In this document: positions 9,201 through 17,262 of the stretch, piece after piece
How the letters are laid out: each line of letters starts with the position of its first letter
Numbering within the stretch: position 1 is the first letter of the stretch
Assembly (NCBI GenBank): GCA_944392595.1
Contig: CALXXD010000002.1
Coordinates: forward strand, 65,027-129,026
Length of the DNA: 64,000 bases
From: an uncultured Alphaproteobacteria bacterium
GTDB lineage: Bacteria > Pseudomonadota > Alphaproteobacteria > Rs-D84
Direction of reading: 5' to 3'
Notes under the pieces: model-generated
What the model saw: only the letters and a program-made list of their open reading frames with translations
Told to the model about the DNA's origin: nothing
Database searches by the model: none
Made by a program: the position numbers and the translations under genes

Positions 9201-10651
9201 CCGGCCGCGCCGTATTTTTGTGTGCATTGCCAATTATCAGGTTCGCATGCACTGGTTTCTTGGCTGACCGCGCCGGTAACCAATTCAGGCTCTTTTTGTT
9301 CGCCGGTTACGGTAAATACTTTCTGGCATTCAGATTCCGCGGTCGTCCCCGGTCCATCGCGCCAATCGTCGGGGCATTGCAACGGCGTACTGACGTTGCC
9401 TTGGGATACTGTGTGATTGCCGATATAATATCCGCCTTTGTCCGCCAAAGACACACATTGTTCGCCGGCGGTTGCAACGTATGTTCCGGCATCGCACGTT
9501 ATCTTGCACGATTCGACGCCAGCGTGTCCGTCGGGCGTGGTATATCCAGTGTTACATGTCGTACATTGTGTCGCACCTTCGTCAGAATATTCGCCCGAAT
9601 CGCACATGTTACATGTTGAAGTATTGCCGTATGTCACCGTATGCGTGGTTTTATACGTACCGGCCGCACATTGTGTCGGGCTTTCGTCATATTCGTTGGC
9701 CAAATAATATCCGTCTTCTATGTTCTTGGCACACCCAGACAAGGACGTCGCAGGATTCCCATCGGTATATCCAGTCGGACAATCACCATAATCTGTATCC
9801 AGCACAGATGTTTCACCCTGGGACACGACGCCACCCGTCGCCCAATCGCCTGCATCAACCACGGCACAGGCGGCGTTGGCTTCTTTTACCGCCTCGGTTG
9901 GGTCACATGTTGTCTTGCACGATGCCACGCCCGCATGATCGCCCTGCGTATCGCCGCTGTTACCATATCCTGCATCCGTTAAACACGCAATACACGAAGC
10001 CGCACCAGCATCCGAGTAACTATTATCATCACACACTTCGCACGCTGGGGATGTGTCGCCATAGAAAACCTGGTGTGCCGCTTTAAAAGTCCCCGCCTGG
10101 CAACTTTCAAAACTTGTCGAACCCGCTGTCGTTAAAATCGAACCAGCCGGAACATCGATATAGCATGATTTTTGCTGATATGCACCCGCTGGTGATGTAT
10201 ATCCAGTCGGACAAGTGTTTATTCCTTGGTCTTTTGATGCATTATAGTAATATTTGCTCCCCGGGCAATAAGACCCCTCCGGACACTCGGAGCACCTCAA
10301 ACCATCTGCTGGTAAATATGTACCTGTTTCGCACAGTATGGCTGATAATTTACAATCCTGACCGGAGGTAGAGCGTTTGTTCAGCATCGCGCTATTTGAT
10401 AAATCTCCGTCAATTGTGTATCCTCTGTCGCACAGACAATAAGACTGCGTTCCGCCCGGCGATGTGGAATTTTCACCGCATGGATCGCAAGTGTTACCTA
10501 CGTTGGTTCCGCCACTCATATAATAATTCTCGTTACACGAAGTGTATTTCCGATTTTCGGGACAATCATATCCCGCGGCAAGCGCATTGCCGGCAAAAAT
10601 CAAAACGAACAACGATGCTAAAACACCCAGAAATCTGCGAATTTTCTCCAT
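3260..10651 (-). CDS. Giant secreted cysteine-rich repeat protein (VSP/furin-like GCC2_GCC3-type modules plus 4 Flg_new / InlB-B-type repeats)
   Basis: One uninterrupted ORF. The start is MEKIRRFLGVLASLFVLIFAGNALA (signal peptide) at 10651, preceded by GAGAGGAAAG. C..C..G.YC modules recur (CPEGSYCPG, CKPGDYCPG, CTAGDYCEGG, CQPGQYCPP, CPEDHYCPG, CEANHYCPGG and others). Flg_new-like units (YTVTLDKNGGTG..., YTITLNKNQGTG..., YKVSYSCGTGATG..., VYAVTLDHQD...) lie at about 8590-8820, 7990-8200, 5900-6140 and 5610-5890. Four tandem ~88-aa units lie at about 4500-5430. Confidence 0.85.
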   Translation of the reverse strand: MEKIRRFLGVLASLFVLIFAGNALAAGYDCPENRKYTSCNENYYMSGGTNVGNTCDPCGENSTSPGGTQSYCLCDRGYTIDGDLSNSAMLNKRSTSGQDCKLSAILCETGTYLPADGLRCSECPEGSYCPGSKYYYNASKDQGINTCPTGYTSPAGAYQQKSCYIDVPAGSILTTAGSTSFESCQAGTFKAAHQVFYGDTSPACEVCDDNSYSDAGAASCIACLTDAGYGNSGDTQGDHAGVASCKTTCDPTEAVKEANAACAVVDAGDWATGGVVSQGETSVLDTDYGDCPTGYTDGNPATSLSGCAKNIEDGYYLANEYDESPTQCAAGTYKTTHTVTYGNTSTCNMCDSGEYSDEGATQCTTCNTGYTTPDGHAGVESCKITCDAGTYVATAGEQCVSLADKGGYYIGNHTVSQGNVSTPLQCPDDWRDGPGTTAESECQKVFTVTGEQKEPELVTGAVSQETSACEPDNWQCTQKYGAAGDGDYVGECKTVDELSCTKPVASVVCEANRYASGITCPACEGGYTAPQGSTNPNQCTMACNVPCTDPGQGACPEHAASCTWNTEEFETGIQNQVDKECSVSAKQCSLAGVVCDAGYDVSLDGLSCTAHAYKVSYSCGTGATGNAPGGSSQLYAENYEVKGQNTCKRPGFTFGGWSDGLGETFQPSTTFNWEYTTDINFTAVWEPCDKNTGASGTCDCSATQYPNGNGCTSCFVQCSGEFSGDNYDVCSNETTADCQRACVAADVPNAVTVSGYMTQGKGDTCVPTQCKSGFYVLESACQACPENSNNCGTEGSEDTFTCDDGYHLSDNGLTCEPDEYTITLNKNQGTGTAPASKTCLHGVPCELPREGVERTGYAFTGWGADPSCESGVFQEVFMGSATRYACWTQTFYECQAGKYYDESGVLQNCKPGDYCPGTGNVQVGQSGCNVPCGNGATSPASASDKTQCYITCQSSDITGGELSPINAQMNWNGSEYPSCTYTADCDAGYVAINQSSASASCTPCEDGVICPGGTGTTTEECTAGDYCEGGIAKTCPPVGTGVGWSDAGAGSIEECYDACIIELHVDNAYSVTSDGRKYYDVDTGGYPTCTYNVVCNEDYEVQENHTAVPWCKFVGECQPGQYCPPDGSEPQQCIAPGTSDGTATSQNGCYVECDRVGYITGGTLTSNASDTDDRQYWDGAKYPTCTYTATCEAGYVAVNQNTINATCEMCEAGVNCPGGTDSGEPEDCPEGSYCEEGKGPQTCPGDGSSVAGAESVTECFVTCPATKPVANAVGGVANSDGPAYYNGSDYNQCTYTVQCNENYVASGNGTANPVCEFGDPTQCPEDHYCPGDGTVYECPDGGMTDGTGAVSPTQCYKIFEDYDGFDNGVASAKCNWHVTATDYISCSIQKVKSCDAGYYYKTQNAFLCESTETGFYSPYPDTEQTKCPVNPTGGIVESSENADSYTDCYMACDLDVEHASSVAAKDNTVFGISKTEYAACSYAVTCDTGYTVQDNNSDSPTCVANRYTVTLDKNGGTGSTPASIECVFDSGACELPANDVLTRPGYSGQNKWCKNKDGTGTCYYAGQSTNLNISENGTNVTLYAVWMPNVYAVTLDHQDADTNGAPSDVYLKYATGWFSNSAATSDITTLTTVPSKTGYEFAGYYSATSGGVQLVNAAGAFQTNENALTFTTDDATIFARWSKGTMNCAPGTYYTGNGSECAPCEANHYCPGGDFATDTGTAEGHYSCPENGLSVSNSESVTACYKTKLAYSATNGSGTQTCNWDDAAKSYSASCRDIAIDSCVAGYWLESNDDTDCVAVGRGYYSGDDITTRNQCPNGGNTESETATKIQDCFKTEIPYTAMNGAGTQRCFYTSGDGIDAVYQRDCDTWKIETCRGGYWLANSTDKDCSVVGNNYYSNQNDTERHLCPAGGKTDTETAEDIKLCNQDGLPYQAEHGAGENKCFYTSGEGDSAIYESSCQDVTMTSCDAGYYFDRNLTETDCVPVGRNYYSPAVDMARHECPLGGVTNGTTSGASSDCYRTDMACDITNGSGQQTCNYDESDADYTLNCQTCTVIACDEGFSQVGNTCIDCPEGSVCDEGTEKTCASLTGGLYPNSDAGTEDVAMCWRECAKVANALEMSGRDYYGAPDTCQVTRCQVGYTLENGACTECPEGSFCDGTIDPDPDVPGQDVKSCADLGNGEWPLSLPGATDASQCYHTCEAYDVINGTAVPVSDKAFYPNECEYQGQSESGNPCEIVDGVCIEKSCNAGYEMIDGVCEPCNREHALSYKDGGVCQIAVCASGYHPNGDRCEYNIQECSAPNAVYAEVTWDFNKKSFGSCMIKECEYGYHVSSNACVSDVQPCNVENGVGFKEWNHDINGWGECVATQCDPGYTSDPSLTNDHTKQCGECKNKYGANGTVAVSSYVQECEIASCMDQGELYNLEYGECVQICPFEEYSDETGTMVWNESRKKCVRTCNEGFTMW

Positions 10652-10788
10652 GCTTTCCTCTCTTTTATACTTAATCATAGAAAAAAATCGCCATATCACG
10701 CAAGGGAAAAAGTAAAATATTTCCAGCCACAAATAAAAATCCCCACGGGATATGCCACAGGGCGACAAGTCAAGGGATTAATTACCCA

Positions 10789-11035
10789 ACCCCGTTCTCT
10801 CTTACCACCCCGTCACGCTGACGCGTTCCATCCCTCCAACGGAGGGGAACTTAGCCCGCGACGGGAACACACTAATGCCCACCGCCCCAGAATCCACCCA
10901 CGCAAACTTTGTTTGCGCGGGGCCCGGTGTGGGGGCGGGGGGGGTGCCGTGCTTTGCACGACGGGGGGTGGGGTTTATCACCCGAAGCCACGGCGAAGGG
11001 TGACACGAGTAACGAGTTACGAGTAACCAGTAACT
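10789..11035. repeat. GC-rich multi-hairpin intergenic element, copy A (inverted relative to copy B at 30316-30598)
   Basis: Shares collinear blocks with the reverse complement of copy B: TCTCT(T/A)ACCACCCCG, CC(C)CTCCAACGGAGGGG, the hairpin CCCACG.AAA...TTT.CG.GGG, GGGGT(AG)TTTATCAC and GAGTTACGAGTAAC. It ends in four tandem heptamers, GAGTAAC GAGTTAC GAGTAAC CAGTAAC (11007-11034). Confidence 0.7.
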
Positions 11036-11058
11036 AAAACGGGGCTTTCGCCCCGTTT
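11036..11058. terminator. dnaK terminator (bidirectional hairpin)
   Basis: CGGGGC-TTTC-GCCCCG (11040-11055), flanked by an A-run and a T-run, 5 nt downstream of the dnaK stop codon. Confidence 0.75.
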
Positions 11059-11059
11059 T

Positions 11060-12964
11060 TTATTTCTTTTCAGAAAAATCTGCGTCACGCGTACCGTCGT
11101 CATTCGGTTTATCATTTGACTCGCCGGATTCAGACGATTGCTGCGCCGCTTCCTGGGACGCTTTATATACCGCTTCGCCCAGTTTCATAGACTTTTCAGT
11201 CAGCGCATCGGTCTTTGCTTTCAGACTTTCCGCCGTGGCATCGGATTTTGCCAATTCGTCGGACAGTTCTTTTTTCGCATCTTCGATGGCTTTCTTTTCG
11301 TCCGCGCTGATTTTGTCGCCGTGTTCTTTCAAAGCCTTTTCAACTGTGAATACAGCGGTCTCGGCATTATTTTTCGCCTCGGCCAATTCACGTTTCTTTT
11401 TATCAGCGTCGGCATTGGCGGCGGCTTCATCAACCATACGTTTGATTTCTTCTTCGCTTAAACCACCGTCGGATTTAATAGAAATCGCCTGTTCTTTACC
11501 GGTGCCTTTATCCTTGGCGGATACATGCACGATGCCATTCGCGTCGATGTCGAACGAGACCTCGATCTGGGGCATTCCGCGCGGTGCGGGGGCGATGCCT
11601 TCCAGATTAAATTGCCCCAGCAATTTATTATCGGCGGCCATATCGCGTTCGCCCTGGAATACGCGAATTGTAACGGCGGATTGATTATCTTCGGCCGTGC
11701 TGAATATCTGGGATTTTTTGGTTGGGATGGTTGTGTTACGATCAATCAAGCGCGTAAATACGCCACCCAAAGTTTCAATACCCAAAGACAACGGTGTCAC
11801 ATCCAGCAACAGAACGTCTTTTACATCGCCTTTTAACACGCCGCCTTGAATCGCGGCACCCAACGCAACGACCTCGTCGGGATTCACGCCTTTGTGCGGG
11901 TCGCGACCAAAGAATTCTTTGACGGTTTCTTGAACCTTTGGCATACGTGTTTGCCCACCGACCAAGATAACTTCGTTAATCTGGGATTTATCCAACCCGG
12001 CGTCTTTTAACGCTTTGCGGCATGGTTCAATTGTTTTTTGAATCAAATCATCAACCAAAGATTCCAACTTTGCACGTGTCAGCGTTGTATTGAAATGTTT
12101 CGGACCCGTCGCATCTGCAGTCAAGAACGGCAGATTAATATCCGTCGATGTTTTCGACGACAATTCGATTTTGGCTTTTTCGGCGGCTTCTTTTAACCGT
12201 TGCAGTGCCAATTTGTCGTTCGACAGGTCAATTCCAGTCTGGGATTTGAATTCGTCGATTAAATATTTCAATACGCGTGCGTCAAAATCAGAACCGCCCA
12301 ATGCTGTATCGCCGTTTGTGGATTTTACTTCGAACACGCCATCAACGATTTCCAAAATAGAAATATCAAACGTACCGCCACCCAAGTCATATACTGCAAT
12401 AGTACCGTTTTTGTTTTTATCCAAACCATACGCCAACGCGGCCGCAGTCGGTTCATTAACAATACGCAGAACATTCAACCCTGCTATACGCCCCGCGTCT
12501 TTTGTTGCCTGGCGTTGGGAATCATTAAAGTACGCCGGTACAGTAATAACCGCATCTGTTACCGTTTCGCCCAGGTATGCTTCGGCATCTTTTTTCAATT
12601 TTGCCAAAATCATAGCAGAAATCTGGGACGGTGCATATTTTTTACCATCGATTTCCACCCAAGCATCGCCATTATCGCCCGCCACAATTTTATATGGCAC
12701 GCGCGCGGCAATTTCTTTAACCGCGGGGCTGTCAAAGCGCAAGCCCATTAAACGTTTGATTTCATATACTGTGTTTTCAGGATTTGTCACAGCCTGATTC
12801 TTGGCGGTAATGCCCACCAATTGTTCGCCACCCGACGTCATCGCAACAACAGACGGTGTTGTGCGTTGTCCTTCGGAATTTTCGATAATTTTGGGATCAG
12901 ATCCATCCATGAACGCCATGGCGGAATTTGTTGTACCCAAATCGATACCCAATACTTTTGCCAT
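11060..12964 (-). CDS. dnaK: Molecular chaperone DnaK (Hsp70)
   Basis: [14 protein letters not shown]..., [20 protein letters not shown] and DLGGGTFD. Full length at 634 aa. Confidence 0.98.
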   Translation of the reverse strand: MAKVLGIDLGTTNSAMAFMDGSDPKIIENSEGQRTTPSVVAMTSGGEQLVGITAKNQAVTNPENTVYEIKRLMGLRFDSPAVKEIAARVPYKIVAGDNGDAWVEIDGKKYAPSQISAMILAKLKKDAEAYLGETVTDAVITVPAYFNDSQRQATKDAGRIAGLNVLRIVNEPTAAALAYGLDKNKNGTIAVYDLGGGTFDISILEIVDGVFEVKSTNGDTALGGSDFDARVLKYLIDEFKSQTGIDLSNDKLALQRLKEAAEKAKIELSSKTSTDINLPFLTADATGPKHFNTTLTRAKLESLVDDLIQKTIEPCRKALKDAGLDKSQINEVILVGGQTRMPKVQETVKEFFGRDPHKGVNPDEVVALGAAIQGGVLKGDVKDVLLLDVTPLSLGIETLGGVFTRLIDRNTTIPTKKSQIFSTAEDNQSAVTIRVFQGERDMAADNKLLGQFNLEGIAPAPRGMPQIEVSFDIDANGIVHVSAKDKGTGKEQAISIKSDGGLSEEEIKRMVDEAAANADADKKKRELAEAKNNAETAVFTVEKALKEHGDKISADEKKAIEDAKKELSDELAKSDATAESLKAKTDALTEKSMKLGEAVYKASQEAAQQSSESGESNDKPNDDGTRDADFSEKK

Positions 12965-13057
12965 TTTTTCACTCCTTCAAAACTGTTTTATTTTTCGCTG
13001 CATACCATATAGTGAATAACAAATACCATTTCAAGACCACAGGAAAAAAATAATAAT

Positions 13058-13083
13058 AAAAAAACCGCCCAAACGGACGGTTT
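13058..13083 (-). terminator. rplY terminator
   Basis: The minus strand reads CCGTCC-GTTT-GGGCGG followed by T7. The stem has a T-G wobble on the minus strand only, so it is strand-specific. Confidence 0.7.
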
Positions 13084-13102
13084 AATTTTATACGCGAAAA
13101 CA

Positions 13103-13753
13103 TTATTTCTTTTCGCCCGCATCCGCGGCCGGTGCAGCAGCAGCCGGTGCAGCAGTTGCCGCAGCCGCCGCAGCCTTTGGCATATCTTCGTCGGCCATTT
13201 TACCGCCGATTGTCGCGAATGCCAATTCAGCCTGGTGCAGCCCCAATTCAACGCCCGCCGGCAAAACCAAATCAGAACCATGGACTGAATCGCCAATGTT
13301 CAAATTTGCCAAATCAATTGTGATTTTTTCTGGGATGTCATGAACCAAACCACGCAATGCAACTTTACGAACGGCAAAGTTCAACACACCGCCCATTTTA
13401 ATACCTTTGGATGTTTCAACATTGATAACTTCGACCGGCACGCTTACATTAACAGGTCTTTTAACGTCAATACGTTTGAAATCAACGTGCATAACATTGT
13501 CGCTGACCGGGTGATATTGGATATCCATCAACATGGCGTCTTCTTGGCCATTTGCGGTATCAATTTCAAATAATTTCGTACGCAAACTGGGTGTTTGCAG
13601 CAACATTTCAAAATCGCGTCCGTTCAATTCAATCGCAACGGGGGATTTTTTCTCGCCATAAATAACGGCGGGGATGTTTTTGCTTCTACGAATGCTACGT
13701 GCGGCCCCCTTGCCAGCAGCGTTGCGAATTTCTGCTTTTAATTTAATTGCCAT
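13103..13753 (-). CDS. rplY: 50S ribosomal protein L25 / general stress protein Ctc, with an Ala/Pro-rich C-terminal tail
   Basis: MAIKLKAEIRNAAGKGAARSIRRSKNIPAVIYG.... A 216-aa Ctc-form protein. Confidence 0.92.
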   Translation of the reverse strand: MAIKLKAEIRNAAGKGAARSIRRSKNIPAVIYGEKKSPVAIELNGRDFEMLLQTPSLRTKLFEIDTANGQEDAMLMDIQYHPVSDNVMHVDFKRIDVKRPVNVSVPVEVINVETSKGIKMGGVLNFAVRKVALRGLVHDIPEKITIDLANLNIGDSVHGSDLVLPAGVELGLHQAELAFATIGGKMADEDMPKAAAAAATAAPAAAAPAADAGEKK

Positions 13754-13851
13754 TTTTTGTCCTTTTTATATCAAGTTTCGTTGTGTGCGCAACCTCCAAG
13801 GGTGTTGCGCGGCGCATATTATTTACCAAAATCTTTGAAAAATCAAGGTTT

Positions 13852-14415
13852 TTATTCGTCACCGCGCTGCATAATTAAAAAACGCGCCCGCCCGTATGTT
13901 TTATCGCGCAAAATTTCCCATCCATGCGGGGGTGGGGTGAAATTTGTGGATTCTTGCTCCCATATCAAAAAAGTCCCCGCGCGTGCCCGGCGCGTTACCG
14001 TCCGAACAAAAGACGCACCCAAGTCTGCGGCGTCGTATGGCGCATCGACAAAGATTAAATCCGCCACGCCCGCATACTTTTTTACCGCCATATTGGCATC
14101 CACCAATTCAGTTGTTGCGGATGCGCCAATATTCAATAAAGCCAAATTTTTGCGCACTGTTTCGATGGATTTGAGTGACACGTCTGTAAAAATCGCGCGC
14201 GCGTTTGGGTATCGTGACAGACATTCTATGCCAAATGCGCCACTGCCGGCGAATGCGTCCCAAACGACAAATTCATCGCATGGGTTAAACAGATTTGCGC
14301 CAATCATATTAAACAAAGCCGCGCGGGCGCGATTCTGGGTTGGGCGCGCCCCATCAGGCAGGTATAATTTTCGCCCATGAAAACGACCTGAAATAATTTG
14401 CAATTTTGAATCCAT
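13852..14415 (-). CDS. rsmD: 16S rRNA (guanine966-N2)-methyltransferase RsmD
   Basis: RPTQNRARAALFNM, DAFAGSGAFGIECLSR and IFVDAPY (a DPPY-type motif). Confidence 0.85.
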   Translation of the reverse strand: MDSKLQIISGRFHGRKLYLPDGARPTQNRARAALFNMIGANLFNPCDEFVVWDAFAGSGAFGIECLSRYPNARAIFTDVSLKSIETVRKNLALLNIGASATTELVDANMAVKKYAGVADLIFVDAPYDAADLGASFVRTVTRRARAGTFLIWEQESTNFTPPPHGWEILRDKTYGRARFLIMQRGDE

Positions 14416-14432
14416 GATATAAACTGTACAAC

Positions 14433-14891
14433 ATGATGTTTATGAATCAAGCCTTTAATTCAGCACTACGCGCCGCGGCACACGATGATGTGCCAATTGG
14501 CGCAGTTATTGTGCGTAATGGAAAAATAATCGCGCGTGGCGAAAATCAGGTTCAAAAGAAAAAAAATCCAACACTGCATGCGGAAATAGTGGCGATTAAC
14601 CGCGCGTGTAAAAAATTGGAAACCAAATTTTTGGACGATTGTGATATTTATGTAACGCTTGAACCATGCGCGATGTGCGCGACGGCCATATCTTTGGCGC
14701 GGATTCGCGGCGTTTATTATGCGGCCGCGGATGAAAAGGGCGGGGGAATTGCGCATAACGCAAAAATATATGAAACCGACAAACACTTGTGGCGACCGAC
14801 TGTTACACAATTGCCAGAATATGCGGCCACATCCGCCAAAATGCTGCGTGAATTTTTCGCAATTCGCAGAAAACAAAAAAACGGCGAATAA
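14433..14891 (+). CDS. tadA: tRNA adenosine(34) deaminase TadA
   Basis: HAEIVAI...TLEPCAMCATAI zinc-binding CDA motifs. Confidence 0.92.
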   Translation: MMFMNQAFNSALRAAAHDDVPIGAVIVRNGKIIARGENQVQKKKNPTLHAEIVAINRACKKLETKFLDDCDIYVTLEPCAMCATAISLARIRGVYYAAADEKGGGIAHNAKIYETDKHLWRPTVTQLPEYAATSAKMLREFFAIRRKQKNGE

Positions 14892-14905
14892 TTCGCCGTT
14901 TTTTT
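14874..14905. terminator. Shared bidirectional terminator of the convergent tadA and gpmI genes
   Basis: Palindrome ACGGCGAATAATTCGCCGT (14881-14899), flanked by A7 and T7. It overlaps the tadA stop codon. Confidence 0.8.
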
Positions 14906-16379
14906 AATCCACCAATGAATGCCCCGTCATATCGATCGGTTGTGGAATTCCCAACAATTTCAACATTGTTGGCGCGATGTCGGCCAATCCGCCATCATGC
15001 ACCGTGTGGGGTTCTTTCGATACGACAATAAAATTCACTGGATTTGTTGTATGCGCAGTCCATGGAATGTTATTTACATCATCCCACATTTTTTCAGCAT
15101 TCCCATGGTCTGCCGTGATTAAAACAGTCCCATCCAAATCCAACACCGCCGGAATCAAGCGTGCCAATTGAGTATCTAAAAATTCCATTGCGCGGATGGT
15201 GGATGGCTCTTTACCAGTATGCCCAACCATATCACCATTTGCATAATTCAAAATGACAACGTCAAATTGCGCTAACCGCGGCAATAACGCGTCTGTTATT
15301 TCCAACGCAGACATTTCAGGTTTCAAATCAAACGTTGCGACATCTGGGGATGGAATTAAAACCTTTTCACTGCCCGCAAAATCAACGTTGCGTTCCGCAT
15401 CAAAGAAATAAGTAACGTGATTATATTTCTCGGTTTCTGCAATACGCAATTGGGATTTACCGGCCTGTGCCAAAACATCGCCCAACGTATTTTTAACTGG
15501 CTCGTCCGGCAACAGGGCGGGGCACGATTCGTTTAATCCTTCGCCATATTGCGAAAAACACAACATTTTTGCGCCTGTGCCCAACATGGCACGAACAATT
15601 TGACGTGCGCGATCGCTGCGGTAATTGCCGAATAAAAATCCGTCTTTGTCAGTAATTGGCACATCGCCATCAATAACGGTTGGACGTATAAATTCATCGG
15701 TTTCGCCGCGTGCGTATGCTGCACTCAGTGCCGAATCGATTGTTGCTGCGTGATATTCAGACGTCGCGCACGCAATCGCGTTAAACGCCAATTCAGTCCG
15801 ATCCATATTTTTATTTCTGTCCATTGTGTAATAACGCCCCGACAAAGTTCCAAAAAACGCGCGCCCATCGGATAAATACTGCGCCAAAGCATCTTTTATC
15901 ATCGTTATGTATTTTTTTGCGGATTGTGGCGGGGTATCGCGGCCGTCTGCGATAAAATGAATGCACAGACGCACCCCAGAATCCAATACGTGCCGCGCAA
16001 TTGTCATCATATCGTTAATATCCGAATGTACGCGTCCGTCGGACATCAGACCCGCCAAATGCACGATGCCATTCGAATCGCGTACTGAATTTATAAAATC
16101 GTGCAAAGGCGCGTTATTATCCCAATTTTCCAACTGAAACCGGCGCAGGAACTGATTTACAACGCGCCCCGCGCCAATTGTTATGTGCCCAACCTCGGAA
16201 TTTCCCATCGTCCCAGCGGGCAATCCAACTGATTCACCACTGGCGTCCAATTTTGAATGCGGATACCCCTGTAACAACTGGTTAAAGAATGGCATATTTG
16301 CCATCGCGACGGCATTATGATTTGATTTTTCGGCAATTCCAACGCCGTCCATAATGCACAAAACAAGCGGTTTTCTCAT
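14904..16379 (-). CDS. gpmI: 2,3-bisphosphoglycerate-independent phosphoglycerate mutase
   Basis: MRKPLVLCIMDGVGI... and NSEVGHITIGAGR. The start was chosen at the conserved N-terminus (cat at 16377-16379). Confidence 0.95.
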   Translation of the reverse strand: MRKPLVLCIMDGVGIAEKSNHNAVAMANMPFFNQLLQGYPHSKLDASGESVGLPAGTMGNSEVGHITIGAGRVVNQFLRRFQLENWDNNAPLHDFINSVRDSNGIVHLAGLMSDGRVHSDINDMMTIARHVLDSGVRLCIHFIADGRDTPPQSAKKYITMIKDALAQYLSDGRAFFGTLSGRYYTMDRNKNMDRTELAFNAIACATSEYHAATIDSALSAAYARGETDEFIRPTVIDGDVPITDKDGFLFGNYRSDRARQIVRAMLGTGAKMLCFSQYGEGLNESCPALLPDEPVKNTLGDVLAQAGKSQLRIAETEKYNHVTYFFDAERNVDFAGSEKVLIPSPDVATFDLKPEMSALEITDALLPRLAQFDVVILNYANGDMVGHTGKEPSTIRAMEFLDTQLARLIPAVLDLDGTVLITADHGNAEKMWDDVNNIPWTAHTTNPVNFIVVSKEPHTVHDGGLADIAPTMLKLLGIPQPIDMTGHSLVD

Positions 16380-16507
16380 ATTTTCCGTCCTTTTTGAAAA
16401 AAATATTTGCAATAAAAAAACTATCATATTAGTTTTTTGATTGCAAAAGAAAAAGAAAAGTTATTAAATTCAACTAGGAAGGAAATCGTAACCCACGGTG
16501 CAAGGAA

Positions 16508-16936
16508 ATGGCAGGAAAAGTATTACAATCAGAAGCAATAGATCAACATATCGGGCGTCGCGTTCAGCTGCGCCGGGTTTTAATGGGCTTGTCACAGAAG
16601 GATTTGGCGAACATCTGTGGCGTGACTTTTCAACAAATTCAGAAGTATGAATGTGCGGGCAACCGTATATCTGCGTCGCGTTTGTTTGAATTAAGTCGCG
16701 CAATGGAAACACCCATATCTTTCTTTTTCCAGGGATTGCCTGGATATATGCCTGAACCGAATCGCAGTGGTCGTGTTGGTACGACACGCGTATCGGAACC
16801 AAAACCGGGCGATTTGTTGGCAAAAAATGAATCGTTGCAATTGATTCATTTGTATTGGCGTTTGCAAACGGACGAGCAACGCAAAGCGATTATGAATATG
16901 TTGCATGCGTTGTTGAATGAACCAACAAACAAATAA
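16508..16936 (+). CDS. XRE-family helix-turn-helix transcriptional regulator
   Basis: IGRRVQLRRVLMGLSQKDLANICGVTFQQIQKYECAGNRISASRLFELSRAM is a classic Cro/CI HTH. Confidence 0.85.
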   Translation: MAGKVLQSEAIDQHIGRRVQLRRVLMGLSQKDLANICGVTFQQIQKYECAGNRISASRLFELSRAMETPISFFFQGLPGYMPEPNRSGRVGTTRVSEPKPGDLLAKNESLQLIHLYWRLQTDEQRKAIMNMLHALLNEPTNK

Positions 16937-16962
16937 ACAACGCCGATTGGCGTTGTTTTTTT
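16937..16962 (+). terminator. Terminator of the HTH regulator gene
   Basis: ACAACGCC-GATT-GGCGTTGT followed by T7. Confidence 0.8.
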
Positions 16963-16982
16963 GTGCGTTTGGATTTTCGCAC

Positions 16983-17011
16983 TTGCAATTATTTTTATCG
17001 TTCTGTATAAT
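16983..17011 (+). promoter_or_regulatory. Sigma70-like promoter of tRNA-Ser(GCU)
   Basis: TTGCAA (16983-16988), a 17-nt spacer, then TATAAT (17006-17011), about 18 nt upstream of the tRNA 5' end. Confidence 0.5.
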
Positions 17012-17028
17012 ACCCCACGCAACCACGC

Positions 17029-17117
17029 GGAGCGTTGGCAGAGTGGTAATGCAGCAGATTGCTAATCTGTGACCGTGTTTTAGCGGTCCATAGGTTCGAG
17101 TCCTATACGCTCCGCCA
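17029..17117 (+). tRNA. tRNA-Ser (anticodon GCU), CCA encoded
   Basis: Acceptor GGAGCGT/ACGCTCC, anticodon arm GCAGA-TTGCTAA-TCTGT, a long variable arm, T-arm ATAGG-TTCGAGT-CCTAT, and a G-CCA 3' end. Confidence 0.93.
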
Positions 17118-17189
17118 GGATTGTGTTTTATTACAATGACCATCAGATTTATTGATTTTTACTGTTGTTGTCGCTGAATTGTCGTTTTG

Positions 17190-17217
17190 GCAAACGTTTT
17201 CGTTTGCAATATTTTTT
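17190..17217 (+). terminator. Terminator after tRNA-Ser(GCU)
   Basis: GCAAACG-TTTT-CGTTTGC followed by AATATTTTTT. Confidence 0.6.
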
Positions 17218-17262
17218 CCATTTAACTATCATTTTTATATCAATCATCAAAGGACGCGCATA

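Noticed and set aside
3197-10674. Dozens of 60-300-aa ORFs on both strands inside the giant gene (for example 4655-5557, 5917-6513, 8129-8758, 9472-10086)
   Set aside because: All are fully contained in the 2,502-codon ORF. They have low-complexity or Cys/Arg/His-skewed translations with no motif, start context or terminator. They are frame shadows of a long, compositionally periodic gene.
12090-12797. 235-aa ORF antisense to dnaK, with similar antisense ORFs in recN (51166-52050), rpoD (19933-20595), rsmD (13757-14380), rplS/trmD (57869-58531), rpsP (60190-60717), gdh (61826-62395) and cysS (18303-18671)
   Set aside because: Each lies opposite a highly conserved, unambiguous housekeeping gene and has no recognisable features of its own.
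17152-17262. N-terminal extensions proposed by the ORF track, for cysS as well as gpmI, rimI, tsaB, obg, xseA, recN, the hydrolase at 3211, the giant gene at 10768 and the PNPOx-like gene at 31097
   Set aside because: The conserved protein N-termini begin at internal ATGs with better RBS spacing. The extensions are hydrophobic or low-complexity and often run across promoters or terminators.
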